This document shows, one piece after another, positions 21,601-30,131 of a DNA stretch of 64,000 nucleotides; position 1 is the stretch's first letter; each line of letters opens with the position of its first letter. Source of the stretch: Anaeromyxobacteraceae bacterium (GTDB taxonomy: Bacteria > Myxococcota > Myxococcia > Myxococcales > Anaeromyxobacteraceae); assembly GCA_047602405.1 (NCBI GenBank), contig JASGHJ010000001.1:1696001-1760000 (forward strand), in the 5' to 3' direction. The translations under genes were made by a program, and so were the position numbers. A model generated the notes under the pieces. That model was not told the origin of the DNA. It saw only the letters and a program-made list of their open reading frames with translations, and searched no databases.

Positions 21601-22130
21601 CCGTCGAGGAGGTGCACCTCGACCGGCCCGGCGCCGCGGTTCTGCAGCCGGCACTCGCGCACGAGCCCGAAGCGCCCGCTCGTGGTCCAGGCGTGGCGGA
21701 ACGCGAGCCCGAGGTCGGCGTTCTCCTCCTCGAAGGCGAGCCGGTTGCCGAGGAGCGGCTTCACGAGCCGGCGCGAGATCCGGTACGCGAGCCGGTCCGC
21801 CTCGACGAACGGGCGCCACAGCGAGCGCCGGCCGCCGCGGCCGACCGCGAGCGCGGTCGCGGGGCCGGTGTGGCCGGCGGCGTCGTGGAGCTTGTCCTCG
21901 GTGACGTAGGGGAAGAGCGCGAGCCCGGGGTGCCGGCGGCCGGCGGTGAGCGCGCCGCGCGAGGACGCGAAGAGCCAGGGGTTCGAGTCGGAGACGACCG
22001 AGACGAGGAACGGCGCGAGCGCCTCGGCGTGCTCGATGGCGTAGGCCGGCTCGCCGAGGTCCTCGACGAGGTGGCCGGAGGGCACGGCGCCGGCGGGCGG
22101 CACCGGGGTGAGGCCGTAGGAGAAGGTCAC
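18663..22130 (-). CDS. Beta-1,3-glucan phosphorylase, GH149 family
   Basis: TFSRRHGDPSRPWNRF, YQGNWRDIFQNWEAL, NASTADGHNPYRI, YEGLGSIYWHMVAKL, GAFPLDPYSHTP, QPGMTGQVKE; GTGA overlap with the upstream ATPase. Confidence 0.88.
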   Translation of the reverse strand: MTFSYGLTPVPPAGAVPSGHLVEDLGEPAYAIEHAEALAPFLVSVVSDSNPWLFASSRGALTAGRRHPGLALFPYVTEDKLHDAAGHTGPATALAVGRGGRRSLWRPFVEADRLAYRISRRLVKPLLGNRLAFEEENADLGLAFRHAWTTSGRFGLVRECRLQNRGAGPVEVHLLDGLLNLLPADVGEELQLRLSSLVDAYKRTERVPGTTLALVTLAAQVVDLPEPKESLHATTVFSLGLPGVRIHLDAGALERFTAGLPLQERDESRGRRGAYLAEATLRLEPGEAVSWTFVADVAQPQRAVVALAEALRARPAALAAEIGEDVRAGAARLRAIVASTDGLQRTADALASAHHLVNVLFNDLRGGVFAHGHEVPTADLSAFVAQASRATAARQARLLGALPSRLPREEVLARAAVPGDPDLERLALEHLPLTFSRRHGDPSRPWNRFDIDVRDGAGELRLAYQGNWRDIFQNWEALAASHPAFLEGMVARFVNASTADGHNPYRISHRGIDWEVPEPGDPWAAIGYWGDHQLVYLARLVEASLRLHPERLPALAERPIFTYAEVPYRIAPFEAMLKDPRKTIAFDEARHERLVGRERELGADGRLLHRRVEGGGEELHRVTLVEKLLVPALAKIASLVPGGGVWMNTGRPEWNDANNALVGWGLSVVTLCHLERYLALLPAFLEPLRGRATALTPQVAAWAEATRAALERHATALEAGDPGDAARGEIMAALGQPASAFREGLYARGLSAPVAAPVDPLLDLVRRARAAVTASLRANRRADGLWHGYNLLAPRGRGAFGVDRLAEMLEGQVAVLGTGVLSDAEACALLDALRASRLWREDQRSYLLYPDRALPRFLEKNVVPSEVVAATPGLLRLLEAGGRGIVARDAAGAVRFDERFTNAEPLAHALDALGATPHDRAEVLAAHEATFHHRAFTGRSGSMFAYEGLGSIYWHMVAKLLLAVQERAVACPDLATRLRLVRHARAIRDGLGGVRKGPQGWGAFPLDPYSHTPAGNGARQPGMTGQVKEEVLSRLLELGVTFEAGRLTFRTALLDPAELLARPETLDVLDPVWPDGQGPARRIEVPAGALAFTLAQVPVVVHRAAEGEPARLQLTWRDGRVDELPGPALDAARTAALLSRRGEVERLDAFLAIQA

Positions 22131-23140
22131 GGGCGGTTCTCCGCCGTCCGCGCGGTCGCGGCTGCGGGCAGGTCGAGGTGGCACCGGACCTGCCGCCCAT
22201 CGGCGAGCGTGCGCGGCGCGGGCTCCTCGCCGCGGCAACGGTCGAGGACCTCCGGGCAGCGGGCCGCGAACGGGCAGCCGTCGGCGGAGGCGCCGGCGGT
22301 CGTGCCCGCCGCCCGGCGCGGGACGTCCTCGAGCGACCCCTCGTCGGCGATGGCCGCGAGGAGCGTGCGCGTGTAGGGGTGGCGCGGGTCACGGACGACG
22401 AGGTCGGCGGGCCCGTCCTCGACCACGCGGCCGCGGTAGAGCACGAGCACGCGGTCGGCGAGGTAGCGCGCGGCGGCGAGGTCGTGCGTGATGAGCAGGA
22501 TCGCGAGGCCCCGCTCCTCCTTCAGCTTCGCGAGCAGGTTGAGGATGCCGATGCGGATCGAGACGTCGAGCATCGACGTCGGCTCGTCGGCGACCAGCAC
22601 GTCCGGCTCGACCGCGAGCGCGCGGGCGATCGCGACGCGCTGGCGCTGGCCGCCGGAGAGCTCGTGCGGTCGCCGGTCGATCATCTCCTCGGCGGGCTCG
22701 AGCCCCACCGTGCGCAGGAGCGCGATCGAGCGCTCGCGCACCTCGGCCTCGGTGCAGCGCCCGTGGCGGAGCAGCGGCCGCGCGAGGTGGTGGGCGACGC
22801 CGTGGACCGGGTTGAGCGAGCCGAACGGATCCTGGAACACCATCTGGACCCGGCGCCGGTAGCCGAGCGAGGCCCGGCGCCGCTCGCGCGCGAGCACGTC
22901 GACGCCGTCGAGCCGGATCTCGCCCGCCTCGGGCTCGGCGAGCCGCACGAGGAGGCGCGCGATGCTCCTCTTCCCGGAGCCCGACTCGCCCACGAGCGCC
23001 ACCGCCTCGCCGCGCCGGACCGCGAACGACACGTCCGCGACCGCGCGGGTCCGCACCCGGCGGCCCAGGAGGCCCCCGGAGGTGAAGGACTTCTCGAGGC
23101 CGACGACCTCGAGGAGCGGCTGACCACTTTGTTCGGTCAC
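22127..23140 (-). CDS. ABC transporter ATP-binding protein (OppF-like)
   Basis: GESGSGKR (Walker A variant), MVFQDPFGSLNP, LSGGQRQR, ADEPTSMLDVS, HPYT, GCPFAARC. Confidence 0.9.
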   Translation of the reverse strand: MTEQSGQPLLEVVGLEKSFTSGGLLGRRVRTRAVADVSFAVRRGEAVALVGESGSGKRSIARLLVRLAEPEAGEIRLDGVDVLARERRRASLGYRRRVQMVFQDPFGSLNPVHGVAHHLARPLLRHGRCTEAEVRERSIALLRTVGLEPAEEMIDRRPHELSGGQRQRVAIARALAVEPDVLVADEPTSMLDVSIRIGILNLLAKLKEERGLAILLITHDLAAARYLADRVLVLYRGRVVEDGPADLVVRDPRHPYTRTLLAAIADEGSLEDVPRRAAGTTAGASADGCPFAARCPEVLDRCRGEEPAPRTLADGRQVRCHLDLPAAATARTAENRP

Positions 23141-23175
23141 CGGACAAACCTCGCAGGTCCGGGAGGCGCGGTCAA
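23126..23175 (-). promoter_or_regulatory. Sigma70-type promoter with second operator copy covering the OppF start codon
   Basis: Minus strand TTGACC-17-GAGGTT-6-GTG; ACTTTGTTCGGTCACCGGACAAAC (23126-23149). Confidence 0.7.
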
Positions 23176-23202
23176 GGGAGCGGGCGTAAACCTTCGAGAC
23201 GC

Positions 23203-24120
23203 ATGGCCGCCCTCGACCCCTACCTCCCGCCCGAGGCCCGCGACGCCCGCCTCCGCGCGCTCGCGGAGGGGCTCGGCGGTGAGGTCGTCTCGTTCGGGGA
23301 GAGCGTCGAGGGCCGGCCGCTCCTGGCCGCCCGCGTGCCCGCGCGGACCCCCGACGCGCCGACCGTGCTCTGCGCCGCCGCCATCCACGGCGTCGAGGCG
23401 GTCGCCTCGCACGTCGCGCTCGCGTTCCTCGAGGCGCTCGGCGCGGGTCCCGCCGCGGTGCTCCGCGAGGAGGCGGAGGTCTGGGTCGCGCCCGCGCTCA
23501 ACCCGGACGCGCAGGCGCGCACGTTCGAGGTGCTCGGCCGCGCGAAGGTGAGCGACCTGCGCAAGAACGCGCGCGGCGTCGACCTCAACCGCAACTTCCC
23601 GCTGCCGGGGAACGCCAGGCCCTCGCGCATCCCGTTCGCGGGGAGCGCGCGGCGCTCGGCCGCCACCTACCGCGGCCCGGTGCCCTTCTCGGAGCCGGAG
23701 ACCCGCGCCATCGAGGCGCTCCTCGCGCGCGGGAAGTTCCACGCGCTGGCGTCGCTCCACTCGACGATGGGCACGTTCATCCCGGCCCGCGTCGTGGACC
23801 GGGAGCCGTTCGAGGCGTACGCGCGCCTCCACCGCGCGCTCGCCGGCGCGCAGCGGTTCCCCTACCGCCTCCTGCACAGCCGCACCTTCGACGTCTTCAC
23901 CGGCGAGCTCGAGGACCACGCGCACCACCACCACCGCGCGTGGGCGGCGTGTGTCGAGGTCTACCCGCTCTGGGCGGACGCCGCGACGCGGCTCGGCGCG
24001 ACCGCCTTCTGGCGCTTCAACCCGCGGCGGCCGGACCTGTGGGCCGCGAACGACGTGCCCGCGCTCGCGGCCTACTTCCGCGCGGCGCTCGCGCTGCCGC
24101 GCCCGGACGGAGGGCTGTGA
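23203..24120 (+). CDS. M14 zinc carboxypeptidase family protein
   Basis: GESVEGRPL, IHGVE, LNPD, NARGVDLNRNF, FSEPET, SLHS. Confidence 0.88.
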   Translation: MAALDPYLPPEARDARLRALAEGLGGEVVSFGESVEGRPLLAARVPARTPDAPTVLCAAAIHGVEAVASHVALAFLEALGAGPAAVLREEAEVWVAPALNPDAQARTFEVLGRAKVSDLRKNARGVDLNRNFPLPGNARPSRIPFAGSARRSAATYRGPVPFSEPETRAIEALLARGKFHALASLHSTMGTFIPARVVDREPFEAYARLHRALAGAQRFPYRLLHSRTFDVFTGELEDHAHHHHRAWAACVEVYPLWADAATRLGATAFWRFNPRRPDLWAANDVPALAAYFRAALALPRPDGGL

Positions 24121-25188
24121 CCGTGGACGAGCCGACCGGCCTCTTCAGCGTGGCGCGCCTGCCCGACCAGTGGTTCCCGCTCGCGACCTCGCGCGAGCTC
24201 CGGGCCCGGCCCCTCGCGCGCACGCTCCACGGCGTGCCGCTCGTGCTCTTCCGCGGCGCCGACGGCGCGCCGGCCGCGCTCGTCGACCGCTGCCCGCACC
24301 GGAACGTGCCGCTCTCGCTCGGCGCACGGACCGGCGGCGGCGAGCTCCGGTGCGCCTACCACGGCTGGCGGTTCGCCGCCGGCGGGGCCTGCACGGCCAT
24401 CCCCGGGCTCGCGCGTGGGGAGGTCTCCGCCCCGGGGCGCGACGCGGTTCCCCACGCCGCCCTCGAGCGCGACGGCCTCGTGTGGGTCTGGTCGACCGCC
24501 GGCGCGCGGCCGACCGCGCCCGAGCCGTTCCGGTTCCCGCACGTCGACGACCCCCGCTACACGACGGTCCGCCACACCCAGGTGCTCACCGGCACGGTGC
24601 ACGGCGCGGTCGAGAACGCGCTCGACGTCCCGCACACCGCCTTCCTCCACGGCGGGCTCTTCCGCACGCCGAGGCGGCGCCACGTCGTCGAGGTCGTCCT
24701 TCGCCGCGGCGCCGACCGCGTCGAGGCCGAGTACGTCGGCGAGCCGCGCCCGACCGGCGTGCTCGGGCGGCTGCTCGCGCCGGGCGGCGGCACGGTGGAA
24801 CACTTCGACCGGTTCCTCCTGCCGTGCCTCTCCCAGGTGGAGTACCGGATGGGACAGCGTGACCTTAAGTCACATCTCGTCGTCACCACCGCCTTCACCC
24901 CCGAGACCGACGACCGGGTGCGGCTTCTTCAGCGCGGTGAGCTTCCGGCTCCCGCTGCCGGGGTGGCTCGTGCGCCCGTTCGTCGGCCCCCTCGCCATGA
25001 AGGTGCTGCGCCAGGACGCCTGGATGCTCGCGGCGCAGGTCGAGAACGTGAAGCGGTTCGGCGGGGAACGCTTCGCCCACACCGAGCTCGACGTCCTCGG
25101 CCCGCACGTGTGGCACCTCCTGCGCCGCGCCGCGCGGGGGGAGCGCGGCGAACCGTCCGAGCCTGCGCGCCGGAAGATGGAAGTCTGA
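24117..25188 (+). CDS. Rieske [2Fe-2S] oxygenase alpha subunit (VanA-like), +1 frameshift at ~24925
   Basis: DRCPHR, CAYHGW, ENALDVPHTAFLH; the C-terminus VLRQDAWML lies in the 24415-25188 frame. Confidence 0.88.
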
Positions 25189-25251
25189 GGGCCGCGCGAC
25201 CTCGGGAAACTCCCAGCTTCTCTGTCCGTGTACGGCGTGCAGGATCGGCGC

Positions 25252-26346
25252 GTGACCCGCGCCACCACCCTCGCCGCCCTCCTCGTGTTCGCCCTCGTCC
25301 CTCGCCCCGCCCGGGCGGAGGAGAAGATCGTCCGCGTCTACAACTGGGCGGACTACATCGCCGACGACACCCTCTCCGGCTTCGAGAAGGCGACCGGCAT
25401 CAAGGTCGTCTACGAGACCTTCACGTCGAACGAGGAGGTCCAGGAGAAGCTCGTCGCCGGCCAGGGGGGCTACGACGTCGTCATCCCGTCCTCGATGTGG
25501 GGGAAGCAGCAGGCGGCGGAGGGGCTGCTCCGCCCCATCGAGAAGTCGCGGGTCACGAACCTGCGCAACCTCGACCCGCAGCTGCAGGGACGCCTCGCCA
25601 GGCTCGACCCCGGGAACCGCTACCTCGTGCCGTGGCTCTGGGGGTTCACGACGGTCGGCATCGACGTCGCGCGCGTGAAGAAGGCGCTCGGCGGCCTCCC
25701 CATGCCGGAGAACGCCTGGGACCTCCTCTTCAAGAAGGCCTACGTCTCGCGGCTCAGGTCCTGCGGCGTGTCGGTGCTCGACTCGCCGACCGAGCTCGTC
25801 CCCATGGTGCTCCACTACCTCGGCCGCCCGCCTCACTCGGGCGCCATCGAGGACTACGCGGGGGTGCAGCAGCTCCTGCTCGAGATCCGGCCGTACGTGA
25901 CCCGCTTCGGCGTCGACTACATCGACGACCTCGCCGCCGGGAAGGTGTGCCTCGTGCTCGGCTACTCCGGCGACATCAACGTCGCGAAGCGGCGCGCGCG
26001 GGAGCGGAAGACCGGCCGGGACATCCAGGCGCTCCTGCCGTCGACGGGGGCCGTGCTCTTCGTGGACACGATGGCGATCCCGAAGAAGGCGCCGCACCCG
26101 GAGAACGCGCACCGGTTCATCGACTACGTCCTGCGCCCGGAGGTGCACGCCGGGCTCACGAACAAGATCTTCTACGCGAACCCCAACGCGTCCTCGATGC
26201 CGTTCGTGAACCCTGAGGTCGCGAGGGAGCCGACGGTGTTCCCTCCCCCGGCGGAGCTCGACAGGATGGTGATGCCCGACGTGCTCTCCGACGAGGCGCG
26301 CCGGCTGATGTCGCGGATCTTCGCGAAGTTCAAGGCGGGGAGGTAG
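25252..26346 (+). CDS. Polyamine ABC transporter substrate-binding protein (PotF/PotD-like)
   Basis: Signal peptide; VYNWADYI, FEKATGIKVVY, GYDVVIPS, GYSGD. Confidence 0.9.
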   Translation: MTRATTLAALLVFALVPRPARAEEKIVRVYNWADYIADDTLSGFEKATGIKVVYETFTSNEEVQEKLVAGQGGYDVVIPSSMWGKQQAAEGLLRPIEKSRVTNLRNLDPQLQGRLARLDPGNRYLVPWLWGFTTVGIDVARVKKALGGLPMPENAWDLLFKKAYVSRLRSCGVSVLDSPTELVPMVLHYLGRPPHSGAIEDYAGVQQLLLEIRPYVTRFGVDYIDDLAAGKVCLVLGYSGDINVAKRRARERKTGRDIQALLPSTGAVLFVDTMAIPKKAPHPENAHRFIDYVLRPEVHAGLTNKIFYANPNASSMPFVNPEVAREPTVFPPPAELDRMVMPDVLSDEARRLMSRIFAKFKAGR

Positions 26347-26349
26347 CGG

Positions 26350-27456
26350 TCAGATCGGCGGGCGCGCGCGGTCGCCGTAGCCGGTGAGCTCGACGTAGCC
26401 CTCGCCGGCGGCGGCGCCGTCGGGGTCGAGGATCCGCACCGGCCCCTCCCAGTACGCGAGCCCGGGCACGAGGCGCGAGACGTTCTCGCTCGCCTTCACC
26501 TCCGGCACGACCCGCACCCGGACGCCGGCGCCGGGGACGGCGACGTCCCAGCCGGACGGGTAGTCGGCGCCGGTCTCGGGGCTCCTCCAGCGGCCGAGGG
26601 CGGTCGCGGTCCATTCGGCGGCGCCGAGCCAGCGGACGGTGCCGTCGCGCTCGACGAGCGTGGCCTTCTTGAAGTCGGCCGCGCCGTCGGCGCGGCGGAG
26701 CGCGTAGAGCATGAGGTCGCGACCGTCGGCGAGGCGCAGGCTCCACCAGTCCCAGCCGACCTGCGACGGGGCGAGCTGAGAGGAGCCGAACTCCTTGTCC
26801 ATCCAGGAGGTGCCGCGCACGCGGTGGCGCTTCCCGGAGAGCTCGAGGGTGCCCTCGGTCGCGAGGCGCGTGAGCGAGTAGTACGAGGACGCGTAGCCCT
26901 CGACGTCGCTCTTCCGCGAGTAGCCGTTCGGGCCCTGCAGCGTGGGCGGCCGCGCCGCGGCGGCGGTGAGCGCGAGGCCGAGGCCGCGCGCGGCGTCGCG
27001 TGCGTCGAGCCGGAAGGTCGCGTCGCCATCCAGCGCGAGCGACCAGCGGCCCTCCTGGCCCGCCGGCGGGCGCGCCCAGGCGAGCACCGGGTCCGGCGCG
27101 GCGCCGAGGCCCGCGAGGAGCGGCGTGCGGCGCCAGAGGACCTCGGAGAACGCGTGCGCGCCGGTCGCGACGTCGGTCACCGCGAGGTGGACCATGACCG
27201 CGCCGCCGCTCGCCCAGGCGGAGTCCACCCGCGGCGGATCCGGCACGAGCCCGACCGAGAAGAAGGTGAGCTGGTACCCGAAGCGCCGCCCGGGCTCGTC
27301 GAGCGACTCGAGCGTGCCGGTGAGGTACCACCACTCGGTGCGGTGGCCGGGGTGGGCCCAGTGATCGCGCGGGAAGGACCAGGTGCGCGCGGGATCCGCG
27401 GGGAGCCAGGCGGCGAGCGGGAGCGCGAGGAGCGCGGCGAGGATCCTAGAGCGCAT
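26350..27456 (-). CDS. AttH/CrtC-like double-lipocalin secreted protein
   Basis: FPRDHWAHPGHRTEWWYLTG, GYQLTFF, WMDKEF, GWDWWSL, YWEG, GYVELTGY. Confidence 0.85.
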   Translation of the reverse strand: MRSRILAALLALPLAAWLPADPARTWSFPRDHWAHPGHRTEWWYLTGTLESLDEPGRRFGYQLTFFSVGLVPDPPRVDSAWASGGAVMVHLAVTDVATGAHAFSEVLWRRTPLLAGLGAAPDPVLAWARPPAGQEGRWSLALDGDATFRLDARDAARGLGLALTAAAARPPTLQGPNGYSRKSDVEGYASSYYSLTRLATEGTLELSGKRHRVRGTSWMDKEFGSSQLAPSQVGWDWWSLRLADGRDLMLYALRRADGAADFKKATLVERDGTVRWLGAAEWTATALGRWRSPETGADYPSGWDVAVPGAGVRVRVVPEVKASENVSRLVPGLAYWEGPVRILDPDGAAAGEGYVELTGYGDRARPPI

Positions 27457-30130
27457 CTCGGGAGAGCTCCTGCACCGGCGTCCGGCTCGCCGCGGCGGCG
27501 GGGTAGAGGCTCGCGGCGACCGCCGCCGCGAGGATGGTGCCGGCCTGGACCGCGAGGGCGCCCCACGGCACGTGCACGCCGAGCGTCCAGCCGAAGAACG
27601 CCGGGTTCACGACCTCGACCAGCACCCACGCGAGGCCGGCGCCGCCCGCCGCGCCGGCGGCGAGCCCCGCCGCGCCGATGGCGAGGCCGCGCCCGACGAA
27701 CACGCGGAACAGCTGGGGCCGGCTCGCGCCGAGCGCGCGGTAGAGCGCGAGCTCGCCGCGGCGCTCGCGAGCGAGCACGAGGAGCGAGAGCGCCACGCCG
27801 GCGGCCGCGATGAGGAGCCCCATCGCCTGGAGCAGGCGGGTGACCGCGAAGGTCTCGTCGAAGATCTTCAGCACCTCGCCGCGGAGCGTGCGGTTCGAGC
27901 GGATGAGGAGCGGCTGGCCCGCCATCCGCGACCGCAGCGCGTCCACCGTCGCCTCGACGTCGGCGCCGGGCGCGAGGTGCAGCGCCGCGTTCTGCGGCGG
28001 GCCCTCGCCGAAGATCCGCGCGAAGGTCGCGAGGTCCACGAGCACCGCGCCGGCCTCGTTGCCGTAGTCCCGGTAGACGCCGGCGACCGGGAGGCGCACC
28101 TCGCCGGCGGGGCCGCGCACCGGGATGGTGGCGCCCGGAGCGGTCGGCAACAGCCCCTCGCGCCGCGCGAGCGGCTCGGAGACGAGCGCGGCGCCCTCGG
28201 TCGCGAGTCGCCGGAACGCCTCCTGCTCCCTCGACTCCCCGGTCGCTTCGCGACCGCCGCGCCCGGGATGAGCGGACTGTTCGACCAGCTCGGCCCGCGC
28301 GCGCCGGATCCCCGCCGCGACGCCGCTCACGGTCACCCGCCCGGTGCGCCCGGCGACCTGCGCCTGGCGGAGCAGATCGAGGCCGTCGAGCCCGGGCGTC
28401 GCGCGCAGCGCGTCCACGACCGCGGGGGTGAGCGTGGCCTCGCCGCGGGCGAGCCGCCACGAGGGCGTCGTGACGTACACGTCCGCCATGAGGGTGCGGT
28501 CGAGCCAGCCGGTCACGGTGCCCCGGAAGCTCCCGACCATCACGGTCACGCCCGCGAGCATCGCGACCGAGACCGCGAGGGCGCCGGTCGCGACCGAGGC
28601 CGCCGAGGGCCGCGCGCCGAGCGTGAACAGGCCGTACGAGACGCCGAGCCGGTGCGGCCGGCCGAGCCGCGCGAGGAGCCGGAGCGCCGTCGGGGCCGCG
28701 AGCGGCACCGCGGCGAGCACGCCGAGGGCGAGCGCGAACCCGCTCGGGCGCCAGCGGCCGTCCAGCGCGACGTGGACGGCGACCCCTGCGAGGAGCGCCG
28801 CCGCCGCGCCCGCGAGCAGCCGAGGCGCGCCCGCCCGCGCCCGCTCCTCGACGCCGAGCGTGGAGAGCAGGGCGCGAGGGTCCTTCCGCGCCGCGTCGAG
28901 CCCGGGCGCGATCGCGCCGGCCACCGCCCCTGCGACGCCGGTCGCGAGCCCGACGAGCGCGAGCCACGGGTCGAGCTCCACGCGCTCGATGCCCTCGAGC
29001 AGGTAGACGTTCCGGAGGGTGCCGGACACGGCGCCCACGTTCGCGGCCGCCGCGAGCCAGCCGAGCGGCAGCCCGAGCGCGGTGCCGGCGGCGCCGAGCA
29101 GCGCCGCCTCCCCGAGCACGAGCCCGAGCACCTGCCCGCGGGTCGCGCCGACGGCGCGCAGGATGCCGAGCTCCTCCCGCCGCCGCGCGAGCGAGGCCCG
29201 CACCGAGGCGTACACGAGGAAGCCGCCCACGAGGAGCGACACGAGCGAGAGCGCGGTCAGGTTGAGCCGGAAGGCCGCGAGCAGCCCGGAGGCCTCGGCC
29301 ACCCGCTGCTCCGGCGCGACCACCCGCGCGCGCTCGCCGAGCCGGGCCTGGAGCCGCGCGGACAGCTCCGCGACCGGCACCCCCTTCGCGGCCGTCACGT
29401 CGATCTGGTGGATCCGCCCGCGCACGCCGAGGAGCCCCTGCGCCTGCGCGATGTCCATGACGGCGAGCCGGCGGGAGGCGAGCGGCGCGAGCTTGCGGAA
29501 GTCGACGAGGGCGCCGACGACGAGCGCGGCCCGCCGCGCGCCGAGCGAGACCTCGAACCGGTCGCCCACCTTCCACCCGTGCGCCGCCGCGAGCTCCGGC
29601 GTCACGGCGACCCAGCCCGGCGTGCCGAGCGCCGCGGCGAGCCCGCCCTGACTCGCTGGGACCGGGGCCCCACCCCCGGTCCGGACCCCAGGTGCGTCGC
29701 CCGACGGCAGCCGCCACGGCACGCGCACGGGCGCGACGAGGTCCGCGCCGACGAGCTCGAGGTCGGCGTCGCCCGCCGGCGCGCGGCCGCCCGGCCGCTC
29801 GAGCGCCACCGGCGCCCGCCACATCGCGAGCGCGCCCGCGACGCCCCCGGTCGAGAGCACCTCCCCGAGGAGCGCCTCGTCGAGGAAGCCCGCCGGCCCG
29901 AGCACGGTGAGGTCGGCGTCGCCCGAGACCGCGCGCACGGTGCCGGCGAACGCGCCGAGCGCGCTCCGGTTGAGGAGCTGGATCGAGACGACCGAGGCGA
30001 CCCCGAGCGCGATGCCGCCGACCGCGAGCAGGAACAGCGCCCGCCCGGCGCGGAACTCGTGCGAGAGGGCGCTCATCCTGAGCGCAGCGGTCGCGAAGCG
30101 GCCGCGGAGTCGAAGGAGGTACCGGCGCAC
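27446..30130 (-). CDS. FtsX/MacB-like ABC permease (AttF/G-like)
   Basis: GIALGVASV, FRLNLTALSLVSLLVGGFLVY, RRREELGILRAVG, ERRGELALYRALG; two FtsX halves. Confidence 0.9.
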   Translation of the reverse strand: MRRYLLRLRGRFATAALRMSALSHEFRAGRALFLLAVGGIALGVASVVSIQLLNRSALGAFAGTVRAVSGDADLTVLGPAGFLDEALLGEVLSTGGVAGALAMWRAPVALERPGGRAPAGDADLELVGADLVAPVRVPWRLPSGDAPGVRTGGGAPVPASQGGLAAALGTPGWVAVTPELAAAHGWKVGDRFEVSLGARRAALVVGALVDFRKLAPLASRRLAVMDIAQAQGLLGVRGRIHQIDVTAAKGVPVAELSARLQARLGERARVVAPEQRVAEASGLLAAFRLNLTALSLVSLLVGGFLVYASVRASLARRREELGILRAVGATRGQVLGLVLGEAALLGAAGTALGLPLGWLAAAANVGAVSGTLRNVYLLEGIERVELDPWLALVGLATGVAGAVAGAIAPGLDAARKDPRALLSTLGVEERARAGAPRLLAGAAAALLAGVAVHVALDGRWRPSGFALALGVLAAVPLAAPTALRLLARLGRPHRLGVSYGLFTLGARPSAASVATGALAVSVAMLAGVTVMVGSFRGTVTGWLDRTLMADVYVTTPSWRLARGEATLTPAVVDALRATPGLDGLDLLRQAQVAGRTGRVTVSGVAAGIRRARAELVEQSAHPGRGGREATGESREQEAFRRLATEGAALVSEPLARREGLLPTAPGATIPVRGPAGEVRLPVAGVYRDYGNEAGAVLVDLATFARIFGEGPPQNAALHLAPGADVEATVDALRSRMAGQPLLIRSNRTLRGEVLKIFDETFAVTRLLQAMGLLIAAAGVALSLLVLARERRGELALYRALGASRPQLFRVFVGRGLAIGAAGLAAGAAGGAGLAWVLVEVVNPAFFGWTLGVHVPWGALAVQAGTILAAAVAASLYPAAAASRTPVQELSRDAL
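28227..28275 (-). repeat. REP-like element family 1, copy B, in frame inside the permease CDS
   Basis: Minus strand CCGCTCATCCCGGGCGCGGCGGTCGCGAAGCGACCGGGGAGTCGAGGGA; encodes SAHPGRGGREATGESRE. Confidence 0.75.
30070..30117 (+). repeat. REP-like element family 1, copy C, in frame at the permease N-terminus
   Basis: CGCTCATCCTGAGCGCAGCGGTCGCGAAGCGGCCGCGGAGTCGAAGGA; antisense reading encodes LRLRGRFATAALRMS. Confidence 0.8.
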
Positions 30131-30131
30131 C

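Noticed and set aside
13549..22376. Long antisense ORFs (13549-16875, 18825-22376) and similar Arg/Pro/Ala-rich ORFs throughout
   Set aside because: Mirror frames of real genes in high-GC DNA; no motifs
25252..26346. Orphan PotF as part of a novel system with the Rieske and M14 genes
   Set aside because: Solitary binding proteins are common; no evidence of a functional link
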